A stretch of 17,751 nucleotides of DNA from Candidatus Hodarchaeota archaeon. GTDB lineage: Archaea; Asgardarchaeota; Heimdallarchaeia; Hodarchaeales; Hodarchaeaceae. The translations under genes were made by a program, and so were the position numbers. This document shows positions 16,080 to 17,751 of this stretch, piece by piece (the stretch's first letter is position 1; each line of letters opens with the position of its first letter). The DNA is taken from contig JAEOTQ010000061.1 in assembly GCA_016839785.1 (NCBI GenBank), forward strand, positions 1 to 17,751, given 5' to 3'. A model generated the notes under the pieces. That model saw only the letters and a program-made list of their open reading frames with translations, ran no database searches and was not told the origin of the DNA.

Positions 16080-17195
16080 TCATTTCAGCTTAATTTGGAT
16101 CTTGTGTTTTGTTCCAGAGATTATCAAATCTTTTTCCATGGAATTTAATGCCATTCTGAGTTGCTTGACCTTGTACTTCTTTTTCCATTCTGGATTCTTT
16201 TTGGATAAGAGAGACCCTAATTGTTGTAATGAAATAGAATCAGATTGGTTATCATGGAAGAATTTCTGAGCGACTTGTAGAATGAAAGAATTAGCGGAAT
16301 CACTATCTTCTTTTGGAATAACTTTAGTAGTCGAAATGTAAACCTGTTTATCAACTTCTTTCAAATTGTACTTCGATGCTTCTAATTTCAGAAGGGATTT
16401 CAGATGTTTGATCTTGGTTTTTTCTTTCCAGTTAGGTTCGCGTTTCGATAATTCAATTCCCAGACTACTAAGAAGAATAGATGTTTCGGGGGTTCGAGAT
16501 AGCATTTCTAATAGTAAGGATTCCACGGTGGTCAACATCTGTTTTACATGGGACTCTATGCGGAGTTTTTCCTTTTCACTCTTTGCTTCAATGCTTTGAA
16601 TTTTAGAAATGAGTTCGATTTCTCCTCTTAACTTGTATGCTATCTTCCATTCTTTTAGAAAATCTATAGTTACTTCTATCTTTTCATCTACCAGTTTGTA
16701 CATGGTCTTGGAAACAGTTTTTGGAGCACCATGGGCGAGACGAATAATCACTCCTGCGTGTTTAGCAGCTTCAATCGCAGGGATGAAATCACGATCCCCA
16801 GCAATCAAAACAATTAAATCTATATTACCTGCTGTGGCTAAATGGACAAGCTCAACAGCTAATGCGACGTCAACCCGCTTTTGGACAGGCGTGGTAATGA
16901 CCTGCTCACAATGAGGACACGTAATGTTGCGTGGAACAAGTTCTCCTAGATAAACTTCAAACCGATCAAGAAGCTGAAGGCTATCATGGAAAGATTGGGT
17001 GTGTTGTTTTTTACCGTCAAAATAATAAGCTCTAACTCGATAGGCTGACATGCAAAGAACATTAGCAAGCGCAACCAAATCGACGTATTTTAAATCAAGA
17101 TGTTCAACCACTTTTCGCCAATAGCCCCCATCGATTACAACGGCAGCTTTGGACGGAAAATTGGGTTTATTTATAGAAAAAGGATCGAGAACCAT
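16080..17195 (-). CDS. NYN (LabA/DUF88, PIN-like) ribonuclease with two C-terminal LOTUS/OST-HTH-like domains
   Basis: VVIDGGY, QKRVDVALA and LIAGDRDFIPAIEAAK acidic NYN motifs, a CPHC insert, and two repeats of I-x-L-x-x-LG-x-x-LSK-x-x-P-x-WK. Start is ATG 17195 (GGGAG upstream) or 17222. Confidence 0.87.
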   Translation of the reverse strand: MVLDPFSINKPNFPSKAAVVIDGGYWRKVVEHLDLKYVDLVALANVLCMSAYRVRAYYFDGKKQHTQSFHDSLQLLDRFEVYLGELVPRNITCPHCEQVITTPVQKRVDVALAVELVHLATAGNIDLIVLIAGDRDFIPAIEAAKHAGVIIRLAHGAPKTVSKTMYKLVDEKIEVTIDFLKEWKIAYKLRGEIELISKIQSIEAKSEKEKLRIESHVKQMLTTVESLLLEMLSRTPETSILLSSLGIELSKREPNWKEKTKIKHLKSLLKLEASKYNLKEVDKQVYISTTKVIPKEDSDSANSFILQVAQKFFHDNQSDSISLQQLGSLLSKKNPEWKKKYKVKQLRMALNSMEKDLIISGTKHKIQIKLK

Positions 17196-17404
17196 GTATG
17201 TCTCTCCCGTTAAGGTATCCATAATTCCATGAATAAAACAAACAAACTCTTTGTTTCAATCCCGAAGGAAGAACAAAACAGTATTGTTTAATTTTGATTC
17301 ATGAAATTACAGAGTAAGTAACGTCTAATCTCTAGGAATAAAAACCTTTCCTTGGGATCAACAGGGATAAATCTCTAATATTCGATTTAAAGGCAGTAAC
17401 CTCT

Positions 17405-17751
17405 GTGTTAACAAAACTAAAAACTAAGGCTAAAGAGCTTAAGAGGGAGACCTATACCTTATACCTAGTGTATAAAGATTCACGAGTATCCTGGTGGAAA
17501 CGATTATTTCTAGGAGTAGTAATAGGGTATGCGGTATGTCCAATCGATCTTATTCCCGATTTTATACCAGTGATAGGCTATTTAGATGATTTAATTCTTG
17601 TACCGATTGGGATTTCTATCGCACTAAAATTAATTCCAAGAGAAATCATAGAAGAATGCAGAAAAAAGGCCAGAGAAGGAAAGAACAAGGAAGTACCAGT
17701 TGGGAAAAAAGCAACACTTGTGATAATATCTATCTGGATTATTGGATTGAT
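17405..17751 (+). CDS. DUF1232 / YkvA-family membrane protein, 3'-truncated (absent from ORF track)
   Basis: GTG 17405 opens MLTKLKTKAKELKRETYTLYLVYKDSRVSWWKRLFLGVVIGYAVCPIDLIPDFIPVIGYLDDLILVP..., containing the PIDLIPDFIPxIGYLDD signature. The frame runs off the window. Confidence 0.93.
   Translation, partial: MLTKLKTKAKELKRETYTLYLVYKDSRVSWWKRLFLGVVIGYAVCPIDLIPDFIPVIGYLDDLILVPIGISIALKLIPREIIEECRKKAREGKNKEVPVGKKATLVIISIWIIGL

Noticed and set aside
236-16914. Short antisense or alternate-frame ORFs (236-418, 1269-1499, 4038-4304, 4551-4769, 5559-5783, 6012-6245, 6548-6739, 8073-8297, 9166-9465, 9270-9455, 11738-12025, 12316-12561, 13944-14129, 16366-16599, 16609-16914)
   Set aside because: They shadow well-supported genes or span promoter gaps and show no recognisable motifs.
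1-17751. CRISPR array, tRNA/rRNA, IS element or integrase
   Set aside because: No regularly spaced repeats, cloverleaf or GC-rich structural RNA segments, terminal inverted repeats or transposase motifs were seen by eye.

Overview
AT-rich, gene-dense window of about 19 mostly unrelated genes. It is most likely from an Asgard archaeon (inference from a full-length Rag-type GTPase with a roadblock-like C-terminus, a duplicated Lrp/AsnC-type regulator, a geranylgeranyl-reductase paralogue and GAGG/GGAG ribosome-binding sites). In order: 5'-truncated alpha/alpha-barrel (prenyltransferase/squalene-cyclase-repeat-like) protein, tandem Lrp regulator, a small redox cluster (hypothetical, double-flavodoxin Fe-S flavoprotein, NapH-like membrane polyferredoxin, two membrane proteins), OYE oxidoreductase plus O-methyltransferase, threonine-synthase-like enzyme, a multi-zinc-finger/SAM-methyltransferase fusion, the RagA/Gtr1-like GTPase divergent from an ICMT/PEMT-family membrane methyltransferase, NTF2-like protein, a frameshifted membrane-protein gene missed by the ORF track, DinB protein, membrane protein, GGR, an NYN ribonuclease with two LOTUS/OST-HTH-like domains, and a 3'-truncated DUF1232/YkvA gene also missed by the ORF track. 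No tRNA, rRNA, CRISPR array or transposase was seen. All family calls come from motif recognition by eye; no searches were run.
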